Below, piece by piece: positions 19,371 through 29,152 of a stretch of DNA of 64,000 bases (position 1 is its first letter; each line of letters starts with the position of its first letter). The notes beneath the pieces are model-generated. The model was not told the origin of the DNA and did no database searches. It saw nothing but the letters and a program-made list of their open reading frames with translations. A program made the position numbers and the translations under genes. The stretch is from a virus: IMG/VR virus record IMGVR_UViG_3300042519_001676, positions 20,295 to 84,294 of that record; one strand, given 5' to 3'.

Positions 19371-22300
19371 TTATAGTCCAGCTTGAATATCGCCAGTGTT
19401 TTTCAAGCGTAGTGGAATATAGATAAATTCAACTGCTTTTACTGGTTCAATAGCAATGTCTAACCATAGTTCTGAACGGTCTACTCTTGTAGGTGTGTTG
19501 TTTGTTTCATCACACACTACTAAGAAGTCGTACAGTGCTCGCTGTCCTACTAACTCTAGTAAGAAGCTTTCTGTTGCTTGTTTGATCTCGTTACGAGTAA
19601 TTCTATCGTTAGGTTCAAACAAGAACGGCTTAACTAATAGACTTAACTGTCTACGTAAGTATGCAACTAAACGTGCAACGTTAATTCTGTCTAATGCACT
19701 GGCGTTTCTTGCACGAGTGTATTGACCAAAGTTAACAATGCCAGCACCTGGAATTGTAGCGATTGGGTTAACTTTAACTCCTGCTAGTACATCACGTAAG
19801 CTCTGTGGCAAGCTAGTTGTTTTAAACTCGCCTTCACTAGTAATGTAACCAACACTGGTAGCATTGTCAACACCGCCGCGACGTGTGCCAGCCGGAGCAA
19901 ACCACTGGAAGCTCTTAGCATCGCTGTTAACGATAGTACGTAGCATCATGTGGCTTGGTGGAACAACAATAGCATTTCCTAAGTTGTCATTTGTATAACC
20001 GCTTGGATAGAACATAGCCATATATTCGTCATAGCTAACTGCACCTTCTTCACTGTTGTCAAATGCCAACGCTGTGTTGAAGCCCCAGTTGTTTAGTTCT
20101 GTTCCGTTAGGTTGTAATCTAAACGGTGTATCACCAACAACAAATGCTGTTAATCCGCGATCTGTGTTGAATGCAATCATATTTTGAATTGCTTCTGGAT
20201 ATCCAGGAGCTGCAATCAAATTAAAGATTACAGTGTCAGTGTCACGAATACTTTGGTTAGTGTCAATTAGGGCTTTGAATGCTTCTACAACAAAACCTCG
20301 TTGAGCCCAACGACCAAAGCTGCCCTGGCCGGTTGGTTGGTTAGGACTTACTGTGATCCAACGGTTAGCAACATAAGGAGTAGAGCTGTTAGATCCGTCC
20401 ATTTGCTCGTCGTTGTAACGTGGGTTCTTACCGTCGTTTGCATCAATGTTGATGTGTGTTGTAACATACTTCTTAACGTTGAATCCTGAACGGCGTAGGT
20501 TCCACAAATGCATACCACGTGGGTATAATGCTGGATCTGGTGCGTCTGGGTCTAAGTAGTCACTGGCTAGTAGATCAACAATGTCTGCCATCTCTTCGCT
20601 TGTTCCTGCTGTGCTCCAACGTGCATCTGCAAACAACCATCCGTCTGGAGTTGTTTGATCTGTAGTGTCTTGTAAAATCCATTTTCCGCCTGTACGGATA
20701 TAAACTACTCTGCCATAGTTACTGACGTCAGCTGTGCTGATCCAAATGTCGTTATCAACTAATGGATCACCGTTGCTCTGTGTAGTAGGTGCTACACTGG
20801 CAACAATTGGACCTGCAGGATCAGTTAAAGGATATACATTCTTATAACCTTTCCATGTTGTTCCGTTGTGAACCATAATATCTACTTCGTCAACAACACT
20901 GCTATACCATAATTGACCATCAATTGGGTCTGTAAATGGTGTTTGTGCTGCTGCTTCGTATACTAAAGGCTTCCAGTTACTTGCATAGAACGTGATGTCT
21001 CTGCTGTCGTATGTAGCTTTTGCGTATAAATTCTTTGTTCCAGTTTCAATACCGGTAGTGCTGTTTCTGCTCCAACCGGAGAATCCTAACACACTAGTCA
21101 ATGGTGAACCTGTACCATTCTTAAGATTGATCTGGCCGCCTATTGCGTGTTGAATTGTTAAACTTGTAGCTGCTCCGCTAGCGTTTGAACTAGCAACACT
21201 AGCAGTTACATGCGTCATATTCAGTGCGTTAATCTTGCTGATAATATCATCAACATCGTCGCCTGCTACTAAGTTAACAGTGTATGCAGTGCTATAATTA
21301 GCAACGCCAGCAGTGGATGTGTCTAAACCTTCGTAAATTACAAAGTTAGATGTTGTAGAAACTGTTCCAGTTGTAGCAACGCTGGTAATCTTTGTTGCAC
21401 CGCTGGCGTTTCTTCTGTAGGCTTTGAATGCAGCAACCTGCGGACTAGATGTAGAAGTTGTTGCACTTCCTGCACCCATTGTAAAGTTCTGCTGAATATA
21501 GACTCTGCCAACTGGAATATCACCAGTAGCATCGATAGTATTAATAGCTGTTTGATGCTCATCAAAAATACTAGCAGATTGCAAGCTAAATGCACCTTGT
21601 GCTTCGCTGTACAACTTAACATACCAATCTGCACCGCTGTTAGGCACAGTTGTTTTAACATATACAGAACCTGTTGGCTTATCGCCAAAATCTGGATACT
21701 TAGTGTGAGGTGCTTGATATAGAGTTACTGCATCATAAGTAGCTGCTGGTAAACCAATAGCAGTTAACATTAATGCTAATCCAGTACCTTCTACAATTCT
21801 AATCTTTCCGTCAGATACAGAACCGTCACTCTTTGCACGAGCATCTGCATATAGCTCTAAGAACCCGCCGGCATTTACTCTAGAACCAACTCCATGCACT
21901 CTCATAGCAGTGTTAATGCTAGTTGCTAGTGCAGTTAGTGTAGTTCCGCTTAGGGTAACAGTTTGACCGTTGATGATCAATGTGTTGCCATTATAAGCAG
22001 TTAATGCAGGGTTAGATGCAGTAGATACCACAACAGGGTGGCTTGTCTGCCAGCATGTGCTAGAGAATGTTGCAGCAGAAGCAAAACCTGCTTCAAAGTT
22101 TGTACCGACTACTACCCAATTTCCGCTGCTGTTTTTGTACCATACAGTGTTGGCATTATCGCTAGTTACTACTATTGCATACTGACCGTTAGAGCCAAAA
22201 CTTGCTTTTGGAGTAACGCCAGTACCGCCATCAGTTACTGTGGCATAGTTATCGTTATCAATTACTAGAGGAACTTTGTTAGTAAAGCTGTCTGTAGAAG

Positions 22301-22751
22301 TGTTCCACTCAAAAATACCCCAACGTGTGTTAGATGTATCAAGCCAGTATGTTCCGTCTACTGGTTCGCCCACTGGCATAGAACTTGCTGCACTAATTTG
22401 ACTTAGATCTAAATCTGCACGAACAACATATGCACGTGAACTTACACCTAATACAGAATATGCTGCTTGTAAGCCGTATTCGTTTTGTTCACCACCGTGT
22501 ACTGGATTTCCGCTTGCATCTTGATAGAATTGCGGAGTTCCGAATGTATCAGTTAGATCACGTTGGCTAGTAATTAAATAAACTCGACCAGCATTTGCTG
22601 ATAGTGTTCCGGGTGCCGTACCTGTACCGCTAGCATTCTGCTTGTTGGATGCGGTTGCCACAAAAATCAAAGGTACAGTCGACGGTGCTGCCGGTAAGTA
22701 AAAACTCTCGTCAATTACGCTAACTTGTACGCCTGGTGAATTTAAAGCCAT
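19371..22751 (-). CDS. Tail sheath protein (T4 gp18-like), enlarged
   Basis: SPGVQVSVIDES, WFAPAGTRRG, DRINVARL, FLFEPND, VCDETNNT, IEPVKAVEFIYIP. Confidence 0.95.
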   Translation of the reverse strand: MALNSPGVQVSVIDESFYLPAAPSTVPLIFVATASNKQNASGTGTAPGTLSANAGRVYLITSQRDLTDTFGTPQFYQDASGNPVHGGEQNEYGLQAAYSVLGVSSRAYVVRADLDLSQISAASSMPVGEPVDGTYWLDTSNTRWGIFEWNTSTDSFTNKVPLVIDNDNYATVTDGGTGVTPKASFGSNGQYAIVVTSDNANTVWYKNSSGNWVVVGTNFEAGFASAATFSSTCWQTSHPVVVSTASNPALTAYNGNTLIINGQTVTLSGTTLTALATSINTAMRVHGVGSRVNAGGFLELYADARAKSDGSVSDGKIRIVEGTGLALMLTAIGLPAATYDAVTLYQAPHTKYPDFGDKPTGSVYVKTTVPNSGADWYVKLYSEAQGAFSLQSASIFDEHQTAINTIDATGDIPVGRVYIQQNFTMGAGSATTSTSSPQVAAFKAYRRNASGATKITSVATTGTVSTTSNFVIYEGLDTSTAGVANYSTAYTVNLVAGDDVDDIISKINALNMTHVTASVASSNASGAATSLTIQHAIGGQINLKNGTGSPLTSVLGFSGWSRNSTTGIETGTKNLYAKATYDSRDITFYASNWKPLVYEAAAQTPFTDPIDGQLWYSSVVDEVDIMVHNGTTWKGYKNVYPLTDPAGPIVASVAPTTQSNGDPLVDNDIWISTADVSNYGRVVYIRTGGKWILQDTTDQTTPDGWLFADARWSTAGTSEEMADIVDLLASDYLDPDAPDPALYPRGMHLWNLRRSGFNVKKYVTTHINIDANDGKNPRYNDEQMDGSNSSTPYVANRWITVSPNQPTGQGSFGRWAQRGFVVEAFKALIDTNQSIRDTDTVIFNLIAAPGYPEAIQNMIAFNTDRGLTAFVVGDTPFRLQPNGTELNNWGFNTALAFDNSEEGAVSYDEYMAMFYPSGYTNDNLGNAIVVPPSHMMLRTIVNSDAKSFQWFAPAGTRRGGVDNATSVGYITSEGEFKTTSLPQSLRDVLAGVKVNPIATIPGAGIVNFGQYTRARNASALDRINVARLVAYLRRQLSLLVKPFLFEPNDRITRNEIKQATESFLLELVGQRALYDFLVVCDETNNTPTRVDRSELWLDIAIEPVKAVEFIYIPLRLKNTGDIQAGL

Positions 22752-22784
22752 TTGTTATCTCCCATATAATGGTTTTCTTTTGTA

Positions 22785-22822
22785 TATTTAGTACCAATGG
22801 CTAAAAACTACCGGGTTAAATA
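22785..22822. promoter_or_regulatory. Divergent TAAATA late promoters (- 22785-22790; + 22817-22822)
   Basis: Motif on each strand in the sheath/HNH intergenic gap. Confidence 0.6.
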
Positions 22823-22853
22823 CTGAACAAAAGGGAACTAAAAGGGCGGTCGT

Positions 22854-23189
22854 ATGCGTGATCTATGTAAAAAATGTCAAAGAAGGCCTGTTGCTATCAA
22901 TTATCTTAAAGAAGGCAGGATATACTATAGGTCAATGTGCGATCATTGTTCTAAGAGTTACAAGACAGCTCGCCCTACCTGGTCAAGTAGTGGGTACAAA
23001 AAGAAAGCCGCATGTGATAGATGCGGCTTTAAAGGTGAAGACTCGGAGCAGTTCGATGTGTATCACATAGACGGTGACATCAGTAATTGCAAGTATTCAA
23101 ATTTAAAAACAGTCTGTGCTAACTGTCAACGAATATTACACAAGCTCAAACAACCTTGGAGGCGTGGGGATCTAACACCAGATTTTTAA
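22854..23189 (+). CDS. HNH-like zinc-binding protein
   Basis: Four CxxC pairs, VYHIDGDISN...NLKTVCANC. Confidence 0.75.
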   Translation: MRDLCKKCQRRPVAINYLKEGRIYYRSMCDHCSKSYKTARPTWSSSGYKKKAACDRCGFKGEDSEQFDVYHIDGDISNCKYSNLKTVCANCQRILHKLKQPWRRGDLTPDF

Positions 23190-23802
23190 TCTGTTCGAAT
23201 AGTGCATCGATGGTAGTATCATTGTAGACTGTGTGGTCAATATCTCTACCAACCCAAGCAGTTTCACTAGCGTGTATCTTAAGTTTGTCTAAATGACTCT
23301 TGCTTAGACTCCAAGTAGAGTTACCATCGGGGCCTCTATTGTAGCTAACTGCGGCGTCATACCATTCAGGATCATCTCCCCGCTTAATACGAACCACAAT
23401 ACCTCCAGCATTGTGAATAGCTTTAATTTCGTTAGGAAAACGTACATCTGAGATAACAATATTATCACCAGTTTTTCGCATTTTATTTTCTAATGAAGCA
23501 ATCCAGATATCGTCGTGGAAGCCAGTGCGGCAAACTTCTGTACCCCATAACTGTAGCATAAGTCTAGGAGTAAGATTAGGCATTTTTAAGCGTTCTGCCC
23601 ACCAAGTATCTACTTGTTCACGCCATTCGCGGGCTTCTTTTGTGCGGCCTTCTAACAGAGTGCGATCCCATCCAAATACGCAGGCCACTGCATCTTTAAG
23701 AGTATTTGCAAATGAGTCTCGTCGATAACCGTGAAAATTTACCAAATAATCTGCGGCAGTGTCTTTGCCTGAGCCAATAAAACCAACGAAACCTACTATC
23801 AT
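23146..23802 (-). CDS. Deoxynucleoside monophosphate kinase (T4 gp1-like)
   Basis: GFIGSGKDT, FANTLKD, PRLMLQLWGTEV, ISDVRFPNE, HASE. Confidence 0.9.
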   Translation of the reverse strand: MIVGFVGFIGSGKDTAADYLVNFHGYRRDSFANTLKDAVACVFGWDRTLLEGRTKEAREWREQVDTWWAERLKMPNLTPRLMLQLWGTEVCRTGFHDDIWIASLENKMRKTGDNIVISDVRFPNEIKAIHNAGGIVVRIKRGDDPEWYDAAVSYNRGPDGNSTWSLSKSHLDKLKIHASETAWVGRDIDHTVYNDTTIDALFEQIKNLVLDPHASKVV

Positions 23803-23830
23803 AGTATCTCCTGCGATACTATAATTTACA

Positions 23831-24589
23831 TTATCCTATGACAAATGTCAACGGTGTTTGGTTATCTTTGTAGTTGATTAGATCCATTTCTAAGGCTTCC
23901 ATTTCGGCTTTGCCTTCTGATTTTAATGCAGTACCGTTTAGGTTGGTGCCGCCTTGCGGACTTGCAATAGTTGCAAACTTTTCACGTGCTTCACCTAGCA
24001 TGACTTTACAGTTTGCCAGTGCATAGTCCTTGATCCATATGCCAGAGTAAGGGTCTTGAATGATGGTAAAATCAGGCTTCTGATTATACATCCACAATAG
24101 AACGTTTTCTTCTCCGCGAGGGCGTTGAGTAATTCTCAAACGCTTTGCAGTAGGATTCCAATCAAAGTTAATGTAGCTACCAAACATTTTACCAACTTCT
24201 TTCTGGTAGCTAGCAAACATATAATAGGTAGCAATCCCACCCATCTGTGTGCTGGCCATTAGATAAGTGTTAGTATAGGCCAAGTTAAACGGTTCAAATA
24301 GCGTACCGCCATCGCCACCGCCTGTTCTACTGCCTACGCTTCTACGAAATACTTGACGAACTTGCATAACTTCTGGTGCAAGTATGTAATCATTAACATC
24401 TGTTTGCAAGGTTAAGAAGCCAAAACTTTCTTCAACAGCATTGCTGCTACGTTGACGATATTTTGCTAGGGCACGATCAATAGCAGTATTGTAGTGTTTA
24501 GGGTCTAATTCAACATCGACCATCCCGTCACCTAGCATGGTACGGATATATTCAACTACGTTTTGTCTTTGGGTGTCAAGTTCGTTCAT
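23831..24589 (-). CDS. Neck protein (T4 gp13-like)
   Basis: LGDGMVDVELD, WIKDYALA..K..LGEAREKF, GGTNLNG; start MNELD. Confidence 0.8.
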   Translation of the reverse strand: MNELDTQRQNVVEYIRTMLGDGMVDVELDPKHYNTAIDRALAKYRQRSSNAVEESFGFLTLQTDVNDYILAPEVMQVRQVFRRSVGSRTGGGDGGTLFEPFNLAYTNTYLMASTQMGGIATYYMFASYQKEVGKMFGSYINFDWNPTAKRLRITQRPRGEENVLLWMYNQKPDFTIIQDPYSGIWIKDYALANCKVMLGEAREKFATIASPQGGTNLNGTALKSEGKAEMEALEMDLINYKDNQTPLTFVIG

Positions 24590-24594
24590 ACCAA

Positions 24595-24610
24595 TATTTA
24601 GCAATAAATA
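24595..24610. promoter_or_regulatory. Back-to-back late promoters TATTTA-gcaa-TAAATA
   Basis: TAAATA on both strands 4 nt apart, each 5-7 nt before an ATG. Confidence 0.7.
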
Positions 24611-24617
24611 TATGACT

Positions 24618-25823
24618 ATGCCAAGACTATCACTTTACCGCCCTGAAAAAGGCAATGATTTCCGTATGATTGACCGTGTCATTTATGAACAGTTTCAAGT
24701 CGGCGGTACTGATATCATTATTCACAAATACCTAGGTCCTGCTGACCCTTTAGAGGGCGAGGCAACTCCTACCACTCCTGTAAACACTAACCCTATTCCT
24801 GAACTAGGAATACAAGATGTGTTGTTTATGGAAAATAGAGACAGAAAATATGAACCCGATGTGTATGTTTCTCGAGGAATCTACACAATGCAGGATATTG
24901 ATTTTAATCTTCAGCAGTTTGGTTTCTTCTTATCTAACGATAACATTATGATTACTTTCCACCTACGTGGTATTGTAGAACTGTTAGGTAGAAAATTAAT
25001 GGCAGGAGATGTGTTAGAACTGCCGCACTTAAAAGACGAATATGCACTAGGCGACGATATGGTTGCACTAAAACGATTTTATGTAGTGTCGGATGTTGCT
25101 CGTCCTGCATCAGGTTATAGCCAAACATGGTATCCACATTTGCTCCGTGCAAAATGTGAGCCACTAGTTGACAGTCAAGAATACAAACAGATATTGGATC
25201 AAGACAGCGGTGATGGACAGAACAGCCTTCGAGACATCCTTTCAACATACAATCAAAACATTGCCATTAACAATCAAATTATTGCACAGGCAGAATCAGA
25301 TGCTGGGTTAAGTGGATACGACACTGATCAATATTATATTTTGCCTTTACAAGAAGATGGCAAATTAGATATTCGAGACACTACTGATACAGATGTTGAT
25401 GCTAGCTATGACGGTAATGCAGCAGATGCAAGTTCTGTATTTGTAACTCCTGAAAAAGACGTTTACATTAGCTATCTTCAAGGAGACGGCAAACCACCAA
25501 ATGGAGCACCTTACAGTTTCGGCATTGAATACCCAGCTAACCCCGGTATAGGTGCATATCATTTACGCACAGATTACATGCCAAATAGATTGTTTAGATT
25601 TAGCGGCAACGGTTGGGTTTATGTAGAAAGCAATGTTAGAATGACTATGACTAACAAGCCAGTTGACGGAATTCCTGCACCAGATGCATTAACTAGACAT
25701 ACTCAACTTGGCAGTTTTATTAACAATAACAACACTGCAACTATTGCAGGCCGAGTTATTGAAGAGAGACAGAGTCTAAGTAAGGCTTTAAAGAAACGAC
25801 AGGGGCCTGAAGCAGATTTATGA
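24618..25823 (+). CDS. Neck/head-closure protein (T4 gp14-like) with extension
   Basis: Start MPRLSLY; LQQFGFFL, GDVLELPHL; between gp13-like and gp15-like genes. Confidence 0.6.
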   Translation: MPRLSLYRPEKGNDFRMIDRVIYEQFQVGGTDIIIHKYLGPADPLEGEATPTTPVNTNPIPELGIQDVLFMENRDRKYEPDVYVSRGIYTMQDIDFNLQQFGFFLSNDNIMITFHLRGIVELLGRKLMAGDVLELPHLKDEYALGDDMVALKRFYVVSDVARPASGYSQTWYPHLLRAKCEPLVDSQEYKQILDQDSGDGQNSLRDILSTYNQNIAINNQIIAQAESDAGLSGYDTDQYYILPLQEDGKLDIRDTTDTDVDASYDGNAADASSVFVTPEKDVYISYLQGDGKPPNGAPYSFGIEYPANPGIGAYHLRTDYMPNRLFRFSGNGWVYVESNVRMTMTNKPVDGIPAPDALTRHTQLGSFINNNNTATIAGRVIEERQSLSKALKKRQGPEADL

Positions 25824-25834
25824 TAGAGGTATAT

Positions 25835-25981
25835 ATGGACGATTATCAAAATTACAAAAGATTTACATCTAAATGCAAATGCGGATGTCCTGCACACTGT
25901 GATCATAGTTGTACTGAGTGCGAATACTGTCCGGACTGCGAATGCCCTGAATGCAAAGAGCTTGACAAATCTAGAGGATAA
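25835..25981 (+). CDS. Cys-rich metallothionein-like peptide, 48 aa (not in ORF track)
   Basis: SD GAGGT at 25826-25830; MDDYQNYKRFTSKCKCGCPAHCDHSCTECEYCPDCECPECKELDKSRG*. Confidence 0.7.
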   Translation: MDDYQNYKRFTSKCKCGCPAHCDHSCTECEYCPDCECPECKELDKSRG

Positions 25982-25986
25982 AATTA

Positions 25987-27417
25987 ATGGAACATTTTTA
26001 CGACGGCCAAATACGCCGTTACTTGACACAATTTATGCGACTAATGAGTAATTTTACTTACAAAGATGGTCGTGGAAATGTGATTCAAATACCAGTTAGA
26101 TATGGAGATATGTCTAGGCAAGTAGCCAGCACATTGAAAAAGAACAGTGAGAACGTGCTTAACTCTGCACCTTTCATTGCCTGCTATATTAAAAGTCTAG
26201 ACATAGCCCGCGATAGGTTACAAGATCCTAGCTTTGTGGGCAAAATGCACATTAGAGAAAGGCAGTTTGGTTACGTTGATGAAAACCCAGATAGCCCTAC
26301 ATTTGGACAAACTATTCAAGACTACGCAAATGTGCAAGGTGAAAATTATACAGTTGAACGATTAATGCCAACACCGTTTAATTTACAATTTGTTGCAGAC
26401 GTGTGGAGTACCAACACTGAACAGAAACTACAAATTCTAGAACAAATTTTAGTATTGTTTCGTCCTGCAATGGAAATACAGACTACTAGTAACTATATTG
26501 ATTGGACCAGTCTCAGCTATGTAGAGCTTACCGGAATGAATTGGTCTAGCAGAACTATTCCGCAAGGTACTGAAAACGACATTGACATTGCCACCATGAA
26601 TTTCTTAACTCCTATATGGTTAAGTCCTCCTGCTAAAGTTAAAAAGTTAGGTATCATTACTAAAATTATTGCTAACATTTTTGCAGAGGAACAAGGTACA
26701 AGTGCAATGGGTCCTGAATTTAGTTTCTCTAATCCAGTATCTAGAGTCACGGTAACTCCGGGCAACTTTTCGATCTTGTTAACAAATAACACAGCTAAAC
26801 TAATGGCAGCATCTGAAAACTTGTTAGTAAATGACTTAGAACAGATTCCAATTAAAGCTGGCACTAAAATTAACTGGAAGGCATTATTAGATCTATATCC
26901 TGGCAAGTTTAGAACAGGACTGAGCCACATCGAACTTACAAAACTTGATGGTGGGAAAATTGTAGGCTACCTAAGTATTAATCCATTTGACGAAGCAGAC
27001 ATGGATGTTTTAAACATTCAGTTTGACGGAGAAACTTTGCTGAACACTGCAATTTCTGATCTTACAAATACTGTAAGTAGGGGCACAGTCAATGCTATTG
27101 TAAATCCAAAAACATTTAATCCAGGTACACCTAGTGTTGATGCACGTTATTTGATACTAGAAGATATTGTTACAACAGAAGAGGATGGACCTAATGCATG
27201 GGCCAACAGTAATAGCACCAACTTTACTGCATCTGCAAATGATATTATTCAATGGGACGGAGTGCAGTGGAATATAATTCTCAGTTCTGCAGATACAACT
27301 GAAACAACATATATAACTAATTCATATACAGGAATACAATACAAGTGGGATGGCACCCAGTGGTCTAAGAGTGTAGACGGTATGTATTATCCTAGTGAAT
27401 GGCGTTTAGTTTTATGA
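25987..27417 (+). CDS. Tail terminator/sheath stabilizer (T4 gp15-like) with C-terminal extension
   Basis: HFYDGQIRRY, IPVRYG, PTPFNL, QILEQILVLF. Confidence 0.75.
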   Translation: MEHFYDGQIRRYLTQFMRLMSNFTYKDGRGNVIQIPVRYGDMSRQVASTLKKNSENVLNSAPFIACYIKSLDIARDRLQDPSFVGKMHIRERQFGYVDENPDSPTFGQTIQDYANVQGENYTVERLMPTPFNLQFVADVWSTNTEQKLQILEQILVLFRPAMEIQTTSNYIDWTSLSYVELTGMNWSSRTIPQGTENDIDIATMNFLTPIWLSPPAKVKKLGIITKIIANIFAEEQGTSAMGPEFSFSNPVSRVTVTPGNFSILLTNNTAKLMAASENLLVNDLEQIPIKAGTKINWKALLDLYPGKFRTGLSHIELTKLDGGKIVGYLSINPFDEADMDVLNIQFDGETLLNTAISDLTNTVSRGTVNAIVNPKTFNPGTPSVDARYLILEDIVTTEEDGPNAWANSNSTNFTASANDIIQWDGVQWNIILSSADTTETTYITNSYTGIQYKWDGTQWSKSVDGMYYPSEWRLVL

Positions 27418-27848
27418 TACGTGAAGACATTGTATGCAGTGGAGGTTTATTCTTTGCTAAAGATACAAAAAGATTTTTATTTTTGTTAAGAAATCAAGGC
27501 AAAACTGCGGGCACATGGGGCATTGTTGGCGGCAAGAAAGAGCCTGCTGATGCTACTCCGTATGCCGCATTAGAAAGAGAAATCACAGAAGAAGTTGGAT
27601 CTCTGCCTAAAATAAAGAAAGTAATTCCGCTAGAGCTGTTTACTAGTGAAGATCAACGATTTTATTTTAACACATACATGTTAATTGTTGACAAAGAGTT
27701 TATTCCTGTGCTTAATGACGAACACGTGGGATACGCATGGTGCAGTTTAAATCAGTGGCCAAAGCCTCTGCATCAAGGTGTTAAGAGAAGCCTATCTAAT
27801 CGAACTAACAAAACTAAAATAGAATTGCTAATTGAAATAGTCAGCTGA
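27414..27848 (+). CDS. Nudix hydrolase
   Basis: GGKKE..TPYAALEREITEEVG Nudix box, LNDEH; ATGA overlap with upstream stop. Confidence 0.88.
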   Translation: MIREDIVCSGGLFFAKDTKRFLFLLRNQGKTAGTWGIVGGKKEPADATPYAALEREITEEVGSLPKIKKVIPLELFTSEDQRFYFNTYMLIVDKEFIPVLNDEHVGYAWCSLNQWPKPLHQGVKRSLSNRTNKTKIELLIEIVS

Positions 27849-28172
27849 TTACCAAGGCTTGTTTAGAGTAACAACAGCAGGTGCCTTTTGTTGCTCAATT
27901 TGATTTTCTAAATTTAGTTTATAATCTGCAAGGACTTCTTCACCCATTGCAGTTTCAACCCAGGCCTGCACAGCATCTTGAGTCAATAGATTAAATGGCT
28001 TATATGTTTCTGGATCAGGTTCCGAAAGGCCAACTGAACCAAAAATTTGAGATCCGTGCCCTTCACCGTCTGTTGCAGATAAGATAAACTCTACATTATA
28101 CACGACATTTGTCAAGCCGTTTAATGTAGGGTGTGCAGCAAATCTAGGAAATTCCCAAGTATATGTAATCAT
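27849..28172 (-). CDS. Small fibre-associated protein, TYTW family (paralog 1)
   Basis: MITYTW..., PFNLLTQDAVQAWV, ends KPW; TAAATA 5 nt upstream. Confidence 0.65.
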   Translation of the reverse strand: MITYTWEFPRFAAHPTLNGLTNVVYNVEFILSATDGEGHGSQIFGSVGLSEPDPETYKPFNLLTQDAVQAWVETAMGEEVLADYKLNLENQIEQQKAPAVVTLNKPW

Positions 28173-28180
28173 AATAATAT

Positions 28181-28744
28181 TTATCTCCAATGCGGTCCTT
28201 CGTACCATCCTGCTAAACTATGTCGTACACCGCTAATTAACGGTGTAACTTCATGAAAAATGATACTAGGAAATACACAAACTGTTCCTCTAGCACGAAG
28301 ATTTTCCGAGTTAGGATAATGCCCAACATCTAAAAACTTTAAATCACCGCCTTCGTATGCGTCAGGATCACTAAGTTGTACAGTTACACTCAGCTTTCTT
28401 TGCGTAGGTAACGGTGCTAAAAATACATCCTGATGCCGTTTGTAAAAACTCTGTTCTTCACCAGTGTAGGTAGCAAACTGTATTGCAGGTAAAAATTTAT
28501 AATCTACCTGAAACCATTCTTTATTAATTTGATCAACTACCTTGTCTAATTCATTAAACAAGTATGACCATGTGGAGTTTCTTACTATACCGCGAATTGA
28601 GCTTCTACGCCATTCGTTGTTAACCCTATCACTAGAAGGCCCTAATTTTGCTTCTTGTTCTGGCAAAATTAGGGCCTCTTGAATTATTCTATCACATTGT
28701 TCGGGCGTAAAATAACTTTTAATATAAGCCCACTCACCTATCAT
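28181..28744 (-). CDS. 2OG-Fe(II) oxygenase (prolyl-hydroxylase/PKHD-like)
   Basis: HQD, RKLSVTVQLSDP..YEGGDL, FPS..FHEVTP...GVRHSL. Confidence 0.9.
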   Translation of the reverse strand: MIGEWAYIKSYFTPEQCDRIIQEALILPEQEAKLGPSSDRVNNEWRRSSIRGIVRNSTWSYLFNELDKVVDQINKEWFQVDYKFLPAIQFATYTGEEQSFYKRHQDVFLAPLPTQRKLSVTVQLSDPDAYEGGDLKFLDVGHYPNSENLRARGTVCVFPSIIFHEVTPLISGVRHSLAGWYEGPHWR

Positions 28745-29124
28745 GTATTATTTGGGTCAGGAGTTGCTGTTCGTTTTGCAATAGTGCTAGCCATTGCTTC
28801 GGCTACTGTAGTGGCTGTTGTGGTATCTGTTCCTGAAAAAGTAATAGTAGTAACATTAGGCAGTAAGTCTCTTTCAATTACAGAAACTGCTACAGTATTT
28901 TTAACCCAGCCAATAATATCTTGTTTAGTTACGTTGTCAATTGACACAAATACTTCAGAATTCACATTAGGGTTAAGTTCTACAATTCCTACCTGATACT
29001 TAGAATTTCCTTCACCGTCGTCTGCTGTGCATTTCCATGTGACACGAAATACTACGTTTTCATTTCCGTTGTGAGAACTTATTAAATCTACGTTCTCAAT
29101 ATCCCAGGTATAAGTTGTTGCCAT
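28741..29124 (-). CDS. Small fibre-associated protein, TYTW family (paralog 2)
   Basis: MATTYTW, NVVFRVTW, FVSIDNVTKQDIIGWV; SD GGAG. Confidence 0.65.
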   Translation of the reverse strand: MATTYTWDIENVDLISSHNGNENVVFRVTWKCTADDGEGNSKYQVGIVELNPNVNSEVFVSIDNVTKQDIIGWVKNTVAVSVIERDLLPNVTTITFSGTDTTTATTVAEAMASTIAKRTATPDPNNT

Positions 29125-29152
29125 TGTTTTCTCCGCTGTACTAAACTAGTAT

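Noticed and set aside
22854-23189. HNH gene as a mobile homing element
   Set aside because: Short, freestanding with its own late promoter, interrupts no gene; no evidence of mobility
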